Assembly (NCBI GenBank): GCA_041655595.1
Contig: JBBAFB010000002.1
Location: 1-64,000, forward strand
From: Bacillota bacterium
GTDB lineage: Bacteria > Bacillota > DULZ01
Length of the DNA: 64,000 nucleotides
Direction of reading: 5' to 3'
In this document: piece after piece, positions 37,762 to 48,836 of the stretch
How the letters are laid out: the number at the start of each line of letters is the position of its first letter
Position numbering within the stretch: the stretch's first letter is position 1
Program-made: the position numbers and the translations under genes
The notes under the pieces: model-generated
The model's input: only the letters and a program-made list of their open reading frames with translations
Databases searched by the model: none
Told to the model about the DNA's origin: nothing

Positions 37762-38913
37762 TTGATTAGCTTTTTACATTTAGCAGATTTGCATTTGGGT
37801 TGGCAACCAAATTTTTCGGACCGGGAACTGGGGGTTGAAATAGGTGCCGAAAGAGATGGATTTTTAAAAGCAGTAGTGGATTTTGCCTTGGACCCCGAAA
37901 ATAAAATTGATTTAGTTATCATTGCGGGGGATTTGTTTGAAAGTCACCGCCCAGTTGCGAAAGTTATTGGTCAGGTGATGAAGGAATTGACCCGTTTAGT
38001 AAGGGGTGGTATTCAGTTAGTGACAGTGCCCGGTAATCATGATGAGATCACTTACCCTGACAGCGTTTATCGTCAGGAACAAAATCGCTGGCCGGGGTTC
38101 CTGGTGACTAATCCTTCACCTCAATTGTCCTTCCGATTGGATGTCAACAGAAAACAGGTTTTTGTTTACAGCTTGGCATATACAGGGGGAATAACCGGCT
38201 TTACGGATACACTAAAGGACTTTCCTCGGGAAAAAGAGGAAGGTTTTCACCTAGCGATTTTTCATGGCAGTTATATTGACGGCGATCCCGGCTGGGAACT
38301 GGGGACCAGGAGTCTTCCCTTGGATGCCAAAAGTTTGGAACAAGCTAATTATGATTATGTAGCACTGGGTCATTTTCATTCTCATCGGGTTTTTCAATTT
38401 GGAAAGGGAATCGGAGCCTATGCAGGTGCCATTGCAGATAAGGGTTTTAATGATTTAGGGACCGGATTCCTGTTAAAGGGGATTTGGCGACAAAATATGG
38501 GGGTGCAATTGGAGAGAATACCTTTAACGGTAAAACCAAAATTTGAAAAATTAGAGATTGACTTAAGTAGGTTCAACAATTCGGATGAGCTGTTGTCGGC
38601 CGTCGAGGAATTAGGCAGGCCTGATGCCGTAATGCAAGTGGAGCTCAAAGGCATGAGGAACTTTTTATTTGAGCCCAAAAACTTAAGGGAAAGGTTGTTG
38701 CCTTTTTTTCGCTACGTGGAAATCATTGATCAATCGTTTTTTTTATCGGCTGCAGAATTGGAAAAAATGGCTCGAGAAAAAACCATCACGGGGTTTTTCC
38801 TCCGAGGAATGCTGGAAAAGCTTAAGGAGGCTGTCACAGACGAGCAAAAGCGGCTGTTAAATCGAGCTTTAGTAAAAGGCATACAGGCATTGAAAGGGGG
38901 GGACAAAAGTTGA
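37762..38913 (+). CDS. yhaO: SbcD-like metallophosphoesterase nuclease (YhaO/SbcF-like)
   Basis: LHLADLHLG...IIAGDLFE...VPGNHD...GHFH motifs. Confidence 0.75.
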   Translation: MISFLHLADLHLGWQPNFSDRELGVEIGAERDGFLKAVVDFALDPENKIDLVIIAGDLFESHRPVAKVIGQVMKELTRLVRGGIQLVTVPGNHDEITYPDSVYRQEQNRWPGFLVTNPSPQLSFRLDVNRKQVFVYSLAYTGGITGFTDTLKDFPREKEEGFHLAIFHGSYIDGDPGWELGTRSLPLDAKSLEQANYDYVALGHFHSHRVFQFGKGIGAYAGAIADKGFNDLGTGFLLKGIWRQNMGVQLERIPLTVKPKFEKLEIDLSRFNNSDELLSAVEELGRPDAVMQVELKGMRNFLFEPKNLRERLLPFFRYVEIIDQSFFLSAAELEKMAREKTITGFFLRGMLEKLKEAVTDEQKRLLNRALVKGIQALKGGDKS

Positions 38914-41585
38914 AAGGGGTCCAATGGGAAACAATCAGCCTGGAGGGTTTTGGCCCTTTTACAACAAAAAAAGGGCTCAAGCTGGAACCTGGGTTAAACT
39001 TATTGATTGCACCGAATGAAACAGGTAAATCTACCATAGCAGAGGGTTTAAGGGCTGTAATTTTCGGCTTGCCTAACTCTAAAGACCCGGTAGGTTTTAC
39101 GACCGCTCGTTTTCGCTCCTGGCAAAGTACTGATAATTTTGCGGGGGAAGTAAGCTTTATGGTTGCAGGGAAACGGTATCGAATCAGCAGAGATTTTGCC
39201 AGCCACAGGGTTGTGATTGAAAAAAAGGTCTTTGATCTATGGGAAGTTCAGCTGGAAACCGAGCATAACCCTGCTGCTTTAAAAACCGTTGGTGATTACC
39301 AGAGCTATCTTGAAAAACTGTTTGGTTTAACCAGCGGCAAATTATTTGCAGATACATTTTATCTTACCCAGCCTTTGCCGGAAAACGACAGGCTTGCCGA
39401 AGAACTGAGAATCTTACTGTCCGGCTCGGGAAGCGACTACGAAAATTCATTAAAATTGTTGGAAGATGAGATGGCCGGTTTTACTAAATTTTTAAAAGAA
39501 AGGGGTTTCCCTCGGAATAAAAATAACAATCGCCGGTTGGAAGAATTAGAGGAGCAAATACTAAATTTAGAAAACGGACTAAAGGAAGCCCGAGGGCAGG
39601 TAGATGAGCTGCAGCATGTTTTGGTGCAAGCTAATCAAGTAACGGAAGACCTGAAAAGCAATCAGGCTCAATACCAAAACAAAACTGCCTTCTACAAGGC
39701 CTGGCAGGAGGGAAGGCGTTTGCAATCCCGTTATGAAGAACTTCTGGAAAAACAAGTTAAGCTTACCAAAACTAAAGAAGAATTGCTGTTTTTAGAGGCC
39801 CGGATAAATAATGTTAATCAGGAAATAGCGGGTTCTTATCAAGATTTTTTGGGGCTCAGCAAGGAATTTCCTGAAGAACTTGAACAAATGTTAAAATGGG
39901 AAGAGGAAATCTTGCGCTTAACGGAAAATGCCTTGAAGCTGGGAAAAGAGCTTGAAGATCAGAAGGATAGCCTATTGCGTCTTTCTGACAGATTAGCGGG
40001 ATTTTATCACTTTCAGCAAAATCCTCATTTTGTGGTTGATTTTAAGGTGTTTAAAAGAACAGAGGAAAAATTTTTACAGGAATTAGAACAAGCAAGGCTG
40101 TTATTGGAAGAATTGACGGACTTAAGGGCAAAGGAGGAAGGCAAGGAACGAAGCAAAAAAGTTTTTTTGAAAAGAACTGGAGCAGCCCTGGCGGCGGCAG
40201 CCGTTCTATCCTTGCTGGGAGGGCAAACTGCTGGTGTCTCGGGGTTGGTTGTCGGTTTTATTATTGGCAGCGTTTTAGGTTGGGGTTTAAGCCATTTAAT
40301 CTTTGGTGGCAAGAAGGCCGCCTTACTGCTCCCCCAAACAAAGTCGTTTTTAGCAAGCCTAGCCCGCCGGGATTCTGAATTAAATAAAGCCGTTAAAGAA
40401 TTAACTGTTGCTGAATTACAAGCACTCCTTCTTAGTTTGGATTATTTATTAAATCAAAAAAAGTCTTCGAGCGATCCCCAAGGAAGTTATCAAGAAATGG
40501 CTGAAGCAGAAAGGTTGGAAACTCTCAATGCTACGCCGCTAATGAAGGTACGACGGGAGCTCATTGACCTTGCCAAGCTAATTAGTCCCTACCGGGTGGA
40601 TGTTTCGGTGGAAACGGTCGAAAAAGATTATTTGCAGTATGATCAGCTCAGAAGGGAAAGCAACTTTGGGGAATCGGTTGCTATTAAGCTGGAGCGGGAA
40701 ATTTTTCAAACTGAACAGAAAAAGAAGAATCTTTATACCGAAATTAACTTAGTTAAAGAAAGGTATCCATTTTTGGCGGATCCCTCGTCCAGCGAAGCTG
40801 GAATAATCAAGGAGCGCTGGCAGGTTTTTCAAGGTTTAAAAAATGAGCAGGCCGGATTAATTAGTGAGTTTCAGGGAATCTTGAAGGGTGCTCAAGTTAA
40901 GGATTTAGAGGAACTGGATTTTAGCTTTCATGAAGTTCAGAATCAAGTTATTGGCATTCAAAAAGATCTAAGCGATTTAGGGGTGAAACACCCGGGGTTG
41001 CCTGCTTTTATCGGCAACAAAACCACAGGGTGGGAACAGCTGGAGGAAATGTATGGAAAATTAGAGGAGGAGCTGGCAGACCTTTCGCTGGAGGAAGAAA
41101 GACTCTTGGAGAAACAGCAGGAATTAAAATTAGCTCAAGTAACATTGGAGGGTAAGGGGGCTATTAATATTGCCCAAGGAGAAATAGAATTGCAAGAGCT
41201 TTGTAATATTAAAGAAGGGCTGCTTTTCGAATTAGATGCCTTAGAAATCGCTTATCGGGAATTAAAAAGCACAATTACCGACTATAATCTCTCCTATCGG
41301 GAGCGTCTGGGTGAACAAATAACTTTTTATTTTAATAAATTTACTGATTCTAGCAGGACTATTATAGTTACCGAGAATTTTGAAACCAAAGTTATTGCCG
41401 CCGGGCAGGAAAGAGATGTCCGCCAATTTAGCCAAGGTACCAAGGATTTACTTTTCTTTGCTTTGCGTTTGGCTGTCGGAGATATTTTGGCTGAAGATTT
41501 TCAGTTGCCCTTCGTGTTGGATGACCCCTTTTTGAATTATGATCACAATAGACTGCAGGAGGTTAAGAGACTGCTGCAATCTTAG
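38910..41585 (+). CDS. yhaN: SbcC/SMC-like ATPase (YhaN/SbcE-like) with central hydrophobic segment
   Basis: Walker A APNETGKST, long coiled coils, and a C-terminal Walker B/D-loop (LPFVLDDPFLNYD). Residues ~420-470 (nt ~40170-40320) are strongly hydrophobic. Confidence 0.75.
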   Translation: MKGVQWETISLEGFGPFTTKKGLKLEPGLNLLIAPNETGKSTIAEGLRAVIFGLPNSKDPVGFTTARFRSWQSTDNFAGEVSFMVAGKRYRISRDFASHRVVIEKKVFDLWEVQLETEHNPAALKTVGDYQSYLEKLFGLTSGKLFADTFYLTQPLPENDRLAEELRILLSGSGSDYENSLKLLEDEMAGFTKFLKERGFPRNKNNNRRLEELEEQILNLENGLKEARGQVDELQHVLVQANQVTEDLKSNQAQYQNKTAFYKAWQEGRRLQSRYEELLEKQVKLTKTKEELLFLEARINNVNQEIAGSYQDFLGLSKEFPEELEQMLKWEEEILRLTENALKLGKELEDQKDSLLRLSDRLAGFYHFQQNPHFVVDFKVFKRTEEKFLQELEQARLLLEELTDLRAKEEGKERSKKVFLKRTGAALAAAAVLSLLGGQTAGVSGLVVGFIIGSVLGWGLSHLIFGGKKAALLLPQTKSFLASLARRDSELNKAVKELTVAELQALLLSLDYLLNQKKSSSDPQGSYQEMAEAERLETLNATPLMKVRRELIDLAKLISPYRVDVSVETVEKDYLQYDQLRRESNFGESVAIKLEREIFQTEQKKKNLYTEINLVKERYPFLADPSSSEAGIIKERWQVFQGLKNEQAGLISEFQGILKGAQVKDLEELDFSFHEVQNQVIGIQKDLSDLGVKHPGLPAFIGNKTTGWEQLEEMYGKLEEELADLSLEEERLLEKQQELKLAQVTLEGKGAINIAQGEIELQELCNIKEGLLFELDALEIAYRELKSTITDYNLSYRERLGEQITFYFNKFTDSSRTIIVTENFETKVIAAGQERDVRQFSQGTKDLLFFALRLAVGDILAEDFQLPFVLDDPFLNYDHNRLQEVKRLLQS

Positions 41586-41668
41586 CTGAGGACAGACAAG
41601 TTTTTCTTCTTAGTCATAGAGAAGAATTAACTGATTGGGGTAATAAGGTGGATATCGGGAGGATGTGA

Positions 41669-44600
41669 TTGCAAATGGGTTTACGCTTCATAGTAGGTAG
41701 GGCAGGTTCAGGCAAAACCACTACCTGCCTTCAGGAAATCCAAGCCGAATTAGCTGCAGATAATATCAGTGGACCCCCTTTGATTCTATTAGTGCCTGAA
41801 CAGGCTAGTTTTCAGATGGAAAAAACCTTGACTACGAAAACAAATATAAAGGGTGTCACCAGGGCACAGGTAATGAGCTTTAGGCGTTTAGGCTGGCTGG
41901 TATTCCAGGAAGCGGGGGGAACTAATCGGCGATACTTGGATGAACTGGGTAAAAGAATGGTTTTGCGCTCCATATTAATAAAACAGGGGGCAAATTTGCG
42001 GGTTTTTCAAGGGTTGGCTGGGGAGCAAGGCTTTATTGATAAGTTGTCCGGTTCTTTTAAGGAATTCAAAAATTATTTAATTACCTCACAAAAACTTCAG
42101 GAGGAATACCAGAGGTTGGTTCAGGAAGGCAAAGAGGTAGAAATAGTTGCTAGAAAAATTTATGATCTGGCTTTGCTATTCGGTGAGTTTGAGAAATACA
42201 CCCGAGACTATCAAACGGATCCTGATGATTATTTAACCTTGCTTGCTGATAGAATAAAACAGGCTCCATCGCTAAAGGGGGCCAGAATATGGATAGATTC
42301 CTTTGCCGGTTTTAACTTGCAAGAGCTGAGGGTTATTGAAAGCCTTCTGCACCATACCCAAGAAGTAAATTTAACCCTTTGTTTAGATCCCGAAGATTTA
42401 AACAGGCAACTTAGCGAATTGGATCTATTTCACCCCACTTGGTTCACTTATCAGCAAATAAAGGAACTAGCTTATTCCAGGGGGATACCTTTTGAGCTGA
42501 CTAAAGTAGTTGGAAATGGTGAGGGCTGCTCACGCTTTCAAAATATCCATTTGGGCTACTTGGAAAAAAATTTTGACCGTCACCTTCCCTTGGAAGGGGA
42601 GCCGAGGGCTATAGAACTGGTCAAGAGCGAGAATCGGAGGGTGGAGGTAGAGGGGATTGCGAGAAAAATTAAACAACTAAGCAGGGAAAAGGGCTATCGC
42701 TATCGGGAAATGGCCCTAATCCTACGGGATTTTACCGGCTACCAACAGTTGGTGGAAACAATTTTTCAGGAAGAAGGCTTGCCCTTTTTTATGGATTTAA
42801 AAAGGTCTGTTGCACATCACCCCTTGGTGGAACTTTTAATTGCTTCTTTGGAAACTATAAATACCTACTGGAGCTATGAGCCGTTATTTCGTTATCTAAA
42901 AACCGACTTAATAAGGGTTTCACGCCAAGATATAGATTTATTAGAAAATTTTGTTTTAAACTATGGAATTCACGGTAGTGCCTGGCTAAAAAACGAGCCT
43001 TGGACCATAGGTCTTGAGAGCCAGGACCACGAAAACAGGGCTCATTATGTCAGAATAAATCAAATTCGGATTAGAAGTACGGCGGCATTAAAAGAATTGC
43101 AGGCTTTTATCGGCAGTAATAAATTGCATACCGTCAAAGAAATTACAAGCCATTTATACCACTTACTAATTAGCCTCAAGGTCCATAGGCGCCTAGATGC
43201 CTGGTATAGACGCGAGGAAATGGGCGGCAGGCTGGAACGGGCTAGAGAGCACAAACAAATTTGGGATGGGGTAATGGAACTATTCGATCAACTGGTTAAC
43301 GCTTTAGGTGAAGAAGAAATGACCGTAGCCGAATACAGTAAGATACTTGAGGCCGGTTTACACGGTTTAAAATTAGGCCTAATCCCCCCTGCTTTAGACC
43401 AAGTTTTGGTGGGGACTGTTGATAGATCCAGACAGCCGGAGCTTAAGGCGGTCTTTCTGGCAGGTCTTAACGAGGGGCTTTTCCCCGCGAGAGTTAAAGA
43501 AGATGAAATTTTTTCCGATGGGGAAAGGGAGAATTTACACGATAAAAATTTAAGGTTGGCCCCTACAAGTAAATTAAAAACTTTTCACGAACAGTATCTT
43601 GCTTATATCGCTTTTACCAGGGCTTCGGAATACCTTTGGATTAGTTATGCCGGTGCCGATGATAATGGCAAAGAATTGATGCCTTCGTATTTAATTAGAA
43701 AGGTTAAAGAACTGATGCCCGGGTTGAGCGAAAAAATACTGACCGTTGAGCCGGGTTTGGGCCATTTTGCCCCTCTTTCTTATTTGTCTGGTCCGCAAAA
43801 AGCTATTGGTTATTTAGCGGAAAAATTGGCCGAGAGAGGTAACAGTGCGGAATTAGAACCTTTTTGGTCTAATCTTTGCTACTGGCTGCTCAGCCAAAAA
43901 GAAATTAACTTATTGGAGTCCTATCCCATACAGGCCCTAAATTACCATAACAGTTCCGAACCCTTGGCAGCTAAATTAGTAAACGCGCTTTATGGAGAAA
44001 AAATTAAAGGAAGCGTTTCTCGTTTAGAAACCTTTGCTGCTTGCCCCTTTAAATTTTTTGTGCAGTATGGGTTGGGTCTGAGAAAGAGAGCAATCTATCA
44101 AGTGGATGCTCCCTTAAAGGGTAACTATTATCATTTAGCCTTAAAAGAGCTGGTAATACGAATGAATGAATTAGGGAGAAGTTGGGATCAGTTCGAGGAA
44201 AAGGAATTGCTTGAGTTAACCAAAAAGATTTCGGCCGAAATTTTACCGACAGTAGGTCATGGTATTTTCATGCAAAGCCCTGGTTTGCTTTATTGGGCCA
44301 AGGTAATGGAGAAAAATTTAGAAACCGCGGTTAAAGTCCTGACTACCCACGCTAGGGCGGGAGCTTTTCGGCCTGTAGCTGCGGAACTGGGTTTCCCCCC
44401 CGATGACAACTTTTCCGCCGGTGAACTTGTTTTGCATCATGATAAAAAACTTCAATTAAGAGGGCAAATAGATCGGGTAGATCTGGCAAAAATCAATGGT
44501 AAGACTTATTTGCGGGTAATTGATTATAAAAGCAGTCAAAGGGGTTTGGATCTACTACAGGTTTACTATGGTTTAACTTTGCAGCTTCCATTATATTTAA

Positions 44601-45118
44601 AAATGGCTTTGGAAATCTTTAGTGCAAAAGAACCTGTGGCCGCGGGAATGCTTTATTTTCCGGTTATGAGTCCTTTTATTCCCGCAAAAAATCCGGTAAC
44701 GGCTGTCAAAGCTGAGGAAGAACTTTATAAAAAAATGAAAATGACAGGCAGAATTCTAGCTGATCCCCAAGTGGCGGAAGGTATGGGGGTCAAGGAAGGT
44801 TTGCCTAGTTTAATAGACGTAAAATTAACGAAAAACAAGGAGTTTTACAAAAACGCCAAAGTGCTTGAGGCAGGAGAGTTTGAAGTTTTAGAAAACTATG
44901 TTTGGAGTAAAATAGCCGAACAAGGTCAAAGCATTTATGCGGGGGAGACAAGCATAAATCCTTATCGCCTTGGTGATAGCAGCCCATGTGGTTTTTGTGA
45001 CTACCGGGCAAGCTGTCAGTTTGATAGCCTTGTTTTTGGAAATCAGTATAATTATCTGCCCAAATTGCCCCGGGATCGGCTTTGGGAGTTAATGAAAGCA
45101 GATATATCAAACCAATAG
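41669..45118 (+). CDS. addB: ATP-dependent helicase/deoxyribonuclease subunit B (AddB/RexB) with C-terminal Fe-S nuclease domain
   Basis: N-terminal VGRAGSGKTT. The C-terminal cysteine cluster CPFKFF...CGFCDYRASCQFD is typical of the AddB nuclease. Confidence 0.9.
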   Translation: MQMGLRFIVGRAGSGKTTTCLQEIQAELAADNISGPPLILLVPEQASFQMEKTLTTKTNIKGVTRAQVMSFRRLGWLVFQEAGGTNRRYLDELGKRMVLRSILIKQGANLRVFQGLAGEQGFIDKLSGSFKEFKNYLITSQKLQEEYQRLVQEGKEVEIVARKIYDLALLFGEFEKYTRDYQTDPDDYLTLLADRIKQAPSLKGARIWIDSFAGFNLQELRVIESLLHHTQEVNLTLCLDPEDLNRQLSELDLFHPTWFTYQQIKELAYSRGIPFELTKVVGNGEGCSRFQNIHLGYLEKNFDRHLPLEGEPRAIELVKSENRRVEVEGIARKIKQLSREKGYRYREMALILRDFTGYQQLVETIFQEEGLPFFMDLKRSVAHHPLVELLIASLETINTYWSYEPLFRYLKTDLIRVSRQDIDLLENFVLNYGIHGSAWLKNEPWTIGLESQDHENRAHYVRINQIRIRSTAALKELQAFIGSNKLHTVKEITSHLYHLLISLKVHRRLDAWYRREEMGGRLERAREHKQIWDGVMELFDQLVNALGEEEMTVAEYSKILEAGLHGLKLGLIPPALDQVLVGTVDRSRQPELKAVFLAGLNEGLFPARVKEDEIFSDGERENLHDKNLRLAPTSKLKTFHEQYLAYIAFTRASEYLWISYAGADDNGKELMPSYLIRKVKELMPGLSEKILTVEPGLGHFAPLSYLSGPQKAIGYLAEKLAERGNSAELEPFWSNLCYWLLSQKEINLLESYPIQALNYHNSSEPLAAKLVNALYGEKIKGSVSRLETFAACPFKFFVQYGLGLRKRAIYQVDAPLKGNYYHLALKELVIRMNELGRSWDQFEEKELLELTKKISAEILPTVGHGIFMQSPGLLYWAKVMEKNLETAVKVLTTHARAGAFRPVAAELGFPPDDNFSAGELVLHHDKKLQLRGQIDRVDLAKINGKTYLRVIDYKSSQRGLDLLQVYYGLTLQLPLYLKMALEIFSAKEPVAAGMLYFPVMSPFIPAKNPVTAVKAEEELYKKMKMTGRILADPQVAEGMGVKEGLPSLIDVKLTKNKEFYKNAKVLEAGEFEVLENYVWSKIAEQGQSIYAGETSINPYRLGDSSPCGFCDYRASCQFDSLVFGNQYNYLPKLPRDRLWELMKADISNQ

Positions 45119-45131
45119 GGGGAAGAAGGAA

Positions 45132-48100
45132 ATGGGCAAAACTCTTCAGTGGACGACTTCACAAATAGAGGCTATTGAAACAAAGGATTGCAATATTTTG
45201 GTTGCGGCGGCGGCCGGATCGGGCAAAACGGCTGTATTGGTGGAAAGGATTGTTGAGGGTGTTTTGCGAAAGGAGGACCCCCTTGATTTGGAACGCTTGC
45301 TGGTTGTTACCTTCACGGAGGCTGCGGCCCGGGAAATGAGCAGCAGGATCGGAGCCGCCCTGGAAAAAGCTTTGGCGCTGAATCCCTCCAATGAATATCT
45401 GCAAAAACAATTGTTATTAATCAATAGAGCTTCTATTTCCACTATCCACAGTTTTTGCTTGGGCATTGTTAGGCAGTATTTTTTTCAGCTTGAACTTGAC
45501 CCTATTGTTGAAGTGATGGGTGAAAATGAAAGCGGACTGCTAAAACAAGAAATTTTGGAAAATATTTTAGAAAAACATTATGAGGAAGGCAGTGAGGAAT
45601 TTTTTCAACTGGTGTCCGGTTTTGGTTGGGGGCGAGAAGAAAAACTGGGGGATTTAATTTTAAGATTAGAAAATTTTCTTGCTACCCAAGTAGCACCCGA
45701 AAATTGGCTGCAAACCGCCTTAAAAGCCTATCAAATTAAAAATGAGACCACTATTGAGGATTTGCCTTGGTTTCCGATAGCTCTCCAGATTATTGGGGAT
45801 GAGTTGAAAAGCGGTCTTTGGAAGTTGGCGGAGGCTTCAGATATCTGTCAGCAACCCGGGGCCCCTCACGCTTACTTGGAAAACCTTCGTAAAGAAAAAG
45901 CTGCCTTTGAGGAATTGCTTGCTTTTATAAAAGAAAAACCTACCTGGCAAACCTTACGTTCGCAGCTAGTTGACTGGAAACCCTTTTCCAAGCTGCCGGG
46001 AGTAAAAAAGGAAGATGTGGAGGAAGTTCTTAAAACGGAAGTGACTAGGCTGAGAGATGGAGCCAAAGGCGATTTAAATAGTGTTCAAGAGTATCTTGTA
46101 AGATCTCCGCAGGAACTATTACTGGAGTTGCAAACACTGGCTCCCCTTTTGCAGGAGTTGGCCGATTTGGTGTTGCAGCTCCAAAAGGAATACGGTTCAG
46201 CAAAAAGACAAAAGGGTCGAGTGGATTTCAATGATCTGGAGAGGTATGCCTTGGACATTTTAGGCCATCGGGATCCCCGGACCGGGGAGCTACGTCCCAG
46301 TGCCGTGGCTGTATCTTTAACAGACAAGTATCAGTCAGTGATGATTGATGAGTATCAAGATATTAATGATTTGCAAGAGGCCATTCTGAAGCTGGTTTCC
46401 GGAGGTGAGCCAGATAGACCGAACCTTTTTATGGTGGGGGATGTCAAACAAAGCATTTATGGGTTCCGTCAAGCAAATCCGGGGTTATTTTTAGATAAAT
46501 ACAAAACTTATTCCAAAGTCCGGGGTGCAGTCAACAGGAAAATATTGCTCTCGGCGAATTTCAGAAGCCGTCGGGGAATCATTGATGGAACCAATTATGT
46601 GTTCAGCCGTATTATGAACGGCGAAATAGGAGAAATTGATTATGATGAAGATGAAAGGCTCATTTTTAGTGCTCATTACCCTCAACCGACTACCGGCATC
46701 CCAATCTGTGAAGGACCTGTAGAATTGCATTTGCTTAATAGGGACAGCCAAATTGTTGATGAGGAAAATGAGGCGGAGCTAGAAGACATTGGCACCTTGG
46801 AAAAGGAAGCCTATTTAATTGCTGATCGCATTCATAATTTGGTGACGCCACAAGATGAAAAATCAAGGGTCCAGGTTTGGGATAGCAGTATCCAGCAGTA
46901 TCGCCCGGTAAGTTATCGAGATATCGTCATTCTTCTTAGGGGTACTAAAAATAAGGCTAATGTTTTTTTAGAAGTTTTTCAGCAATTGGGCATTCCCGCC
47001 TACGCGGAGGTGGGAACAGGCTATTTTAGAGCAGTTGAAGTGGGTATCATGCTGTCCCTTTTAACTATCATTGATAACCCTATGCAGGATATTCACTTGG
47101 TAGGGGTTCTTCGTTCCCCTTTAGTAGGCTTGACCTCGGGGGAGCTAGCTAAAATACGGGCCCACACAGTAAAAGACAGCTTTTGGTCAGGGGTAACAGA
47201 TTTTGTCAGGGAGAAACCTGATCAAGCGTTAGCCTTGAAGCTGGAAAGCTTTTTAAGAAAGCTGAAAAATTGGAGAACTGAGGCTAGAAGGGGCCCTTTA
47301 AGTCATTTAATTTGGCAAATTTATCAGGAAACGGGTTTTTTAAGTTACGCCGGCGCCATGCCTGGGGGAAAGCAAAGAAAGGCAAATTTACACGCTTTAT
47401 ATGAAAGGGCTATGGAATTTGATTCCTTTGCTCGACATGGCCTGTTTCGTTTTTTAAGATATATAGAAAAGTTGCAAGCACAGGATGAGGATTTAGGTTT
47501 AGCCGGGGCGTACGGAGAAAACACCGATGTGGTGCGAATTATGAGCATTCATAAAAGCAAAGGCCTGGAGTTTCCAATTGTCTTTGTGGCAAATTTGGGA
47601 GGGAAATTCAATCAGCAAGACCTGCGTCAGGAACTTTTGTTTCACCCTGAACTGGGGATTGGCTCTTTATACTTTGATTTGGAGCTGAAAATAAAATACC
47701 CCACTCTACCTCATTGGGTACTCAAAAGTGTTCTCAGGCACGCCAATTTGGCAGAGGAGTTAAGGATTTTATATGTTGCTTTTACCAGGGCTAGAGAAAA
47801 GCTTATTTTAGTCGGTTCGATCAAAAAACTTGAGGACAAGTTGGTCAACTGGGACAAAATTCAGCTAGCAGCGGCTGAAGCCTTGCCTGCCCCCCTTTTA
47901 AAAAATGCCGATAGCTTTTTAGATTGGGTTGGACCTGCAGTTATGGCTCAAAAATCTAATTCCCCTTTAGCCGCTTACCCTTTTCGGGTATACTCTTGGG
48001 ATCTGGAAAAAGAGGGGTCCCTAATTCAAACTATGGGGAGTAAAAAGACCTTGTATCAGGGGTTTACGGAAAAAGAATTACAACAGCTCTGCTCACAGGA

Positions 48101-48836
48101 TGTCGTTGATTCCGATTTGCAACAGGAATTATCGGCACAATTGGCCTGGGTTTATCCCTACCAGGCTGCTACAGAAAAGCCTGCTAAAATTACAGCTACC
48201 GAGCTAAAAAGGCAGGTGGATTTTCCTGATGATGGTCAAAGGCTAGTTTTTCAAACTAAAATAGCCAGTCGGCCGCAGTTTATCCAAAAAACGAAGGGCT
48301 TAACCGGTGCGGAGCTGGGTACTGCCATGCATTTAGTAATGCAATTCCTTGATTTTAAAAAAGTTAATACCAGGGAAGAAATTTCTTTACAAATTGAAGA
48401 AATGGTCTGTCGGGAGTTTTTGACGGAGGAACAGGCCCTGGCTGTCGGCTGGAAAAGTTTTTTAGGCTTTTTTCAAACGACTGTCGGTCAAAAACTGATT
48501 GCGGCAGCGCCCAATATGATAAAAAGAGAAATGCCCTTTACTTTGGCCATGCCTGCCGGCGAGCTCTTTCACCAATTGGAAGGCAGGTACCGAGAAGAAG
48601 AATTGATAGTTCAGGGCATCATAGATTGTTTGCTGATCGAACCGGGTGGAGTTATCCTAATTGATTATAAAAACGATTATTTGCGATCCGGGGGCTTGAA
48701 AGAATTGGCCCAGAATTATCGCCCCCAACTTGAGCTGTATGCTAAAGCTACCGAAACAATTTTTCAATTACCGGTTAAAGAAAAATACCTCTATTTTTTT
48801 AGACAGGAAGAGGGAACAGGGGTAGTGGCCCTCTAG
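45132..48836 (+). CDS. addA: ATP-dependent helicase/nuclease subunit A (AddA/RexA, UvrD-like helicase + PD-(D/E)xK nuclease)
   Basis: UvrD helicase motifs (AAAGSGKT, DEYQD, the FRS(RRG)I region) and a C-terminal nuclease (IIDCLLIE...IDYKNDY). Confidence 0.9.
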   Translation: MGKTLQWTTSQIEAIETKDCNILVAAAAGSGKTAVLVERIVEGVLRKEDPLDLERLLVVTFTEAAAREMSSRIGAALEKALALNPSNEYLQKQLLLINRASISTIHSFCLGIVRQYFFQLELDPIVEVMGENESGLLKQEILENILEKHYEEGSEEFFQLVSGFGWGREEKLGDLILRLENFLATQVAPENWLQTALKAYQIKNETTIEDLPWFPIALQIIGDELKSGLWKLAEASDICQQPGAPHAYLENLRKEKAAFEELLAFIKEKPTWQTLRSQLVDWKPFSKLPGVKKEDVEEVLKTEVTRLRDGAKGDLNSVQEYLVRSPQELLLELQTLAPLLQELADLVLQLQKEYGSAKRQKGRVDFNDLERYALDILGHRDPRTGELRPSAVAVSLTDKYQSVMIDEYQDINDLQEAILKLVSGGEPDRPNLFMVGDVKQSIYGFRQANPGLFLDKYKTYSKVRGAVNRKILLSANFRSRRGIIDGTNYVFSRIMNGEIGEIDYDEDERLIFSAHYPQPTTGIPICEGPVELHLLNRDSQIVDEENEAELEDIGTLEKEAYLIADRIHNLVTPQDEKSRVQVWDSSIQQYRPVSYRDIVILLRGTKNKANVFLEVFQQLGIPAYAEVGTGYFRAVEVGIMLSLLTIIDNPMQDIHLVGVLRSPLVGLTSGELAKIRAHTVKDSFWSGVTDFVREKPDQALALKLESFLRKLKNWRTEARRGPLSHLIWQIYQETGFLSYAGAMPGGKQRKANLHALYERAMEFDSFARHGLFRFLRYIEKLQAQDEDLGLAGAYGENTDVVRIMSIHKSKGLEFPIVFVANLGGKFNQQDLRQELLFHPELGIGSLYFDLELKIKYPTLPHWVLKSVLRHANLAEELRILYVAFTRAREKLILVGSIKKLEDKLVNWDKIQLAAAEALPAPLLKNADSFLDWVGPAVMAQKSNSPLAAYPFRVYSWDLEKEGSLIQTMGSKKTLYQGFTEKELQQLCSQDVVDSDLQQELSAQLAWVYPYQAATEKPAKITATELKRQVDFPDDGQRLVFQTKIASRPQFIQKTKGLTGAELGTAMHLVMQFLDFKKVNTREEISLQIEEMVCREFLTEEQALAVGWKSFLGFFQTTVGQKLIAAAPNMIKREMPFTLAMPAGELFHQLEGRYREEELIVQGIIDCLLIEPGGVILIDYKNDYLRSGGLKELAQNYRPQLELYAKATETIFQLPVKEKYLYFFRQEEGTGVVAL

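Noticed and set aside
45146-47548. Multiple short minus-strand ORFs within addA
   Set aside because: Antisense to a 1,234-aa gene with clear UvrD helicase and nuclease motifs. There is no independent support.
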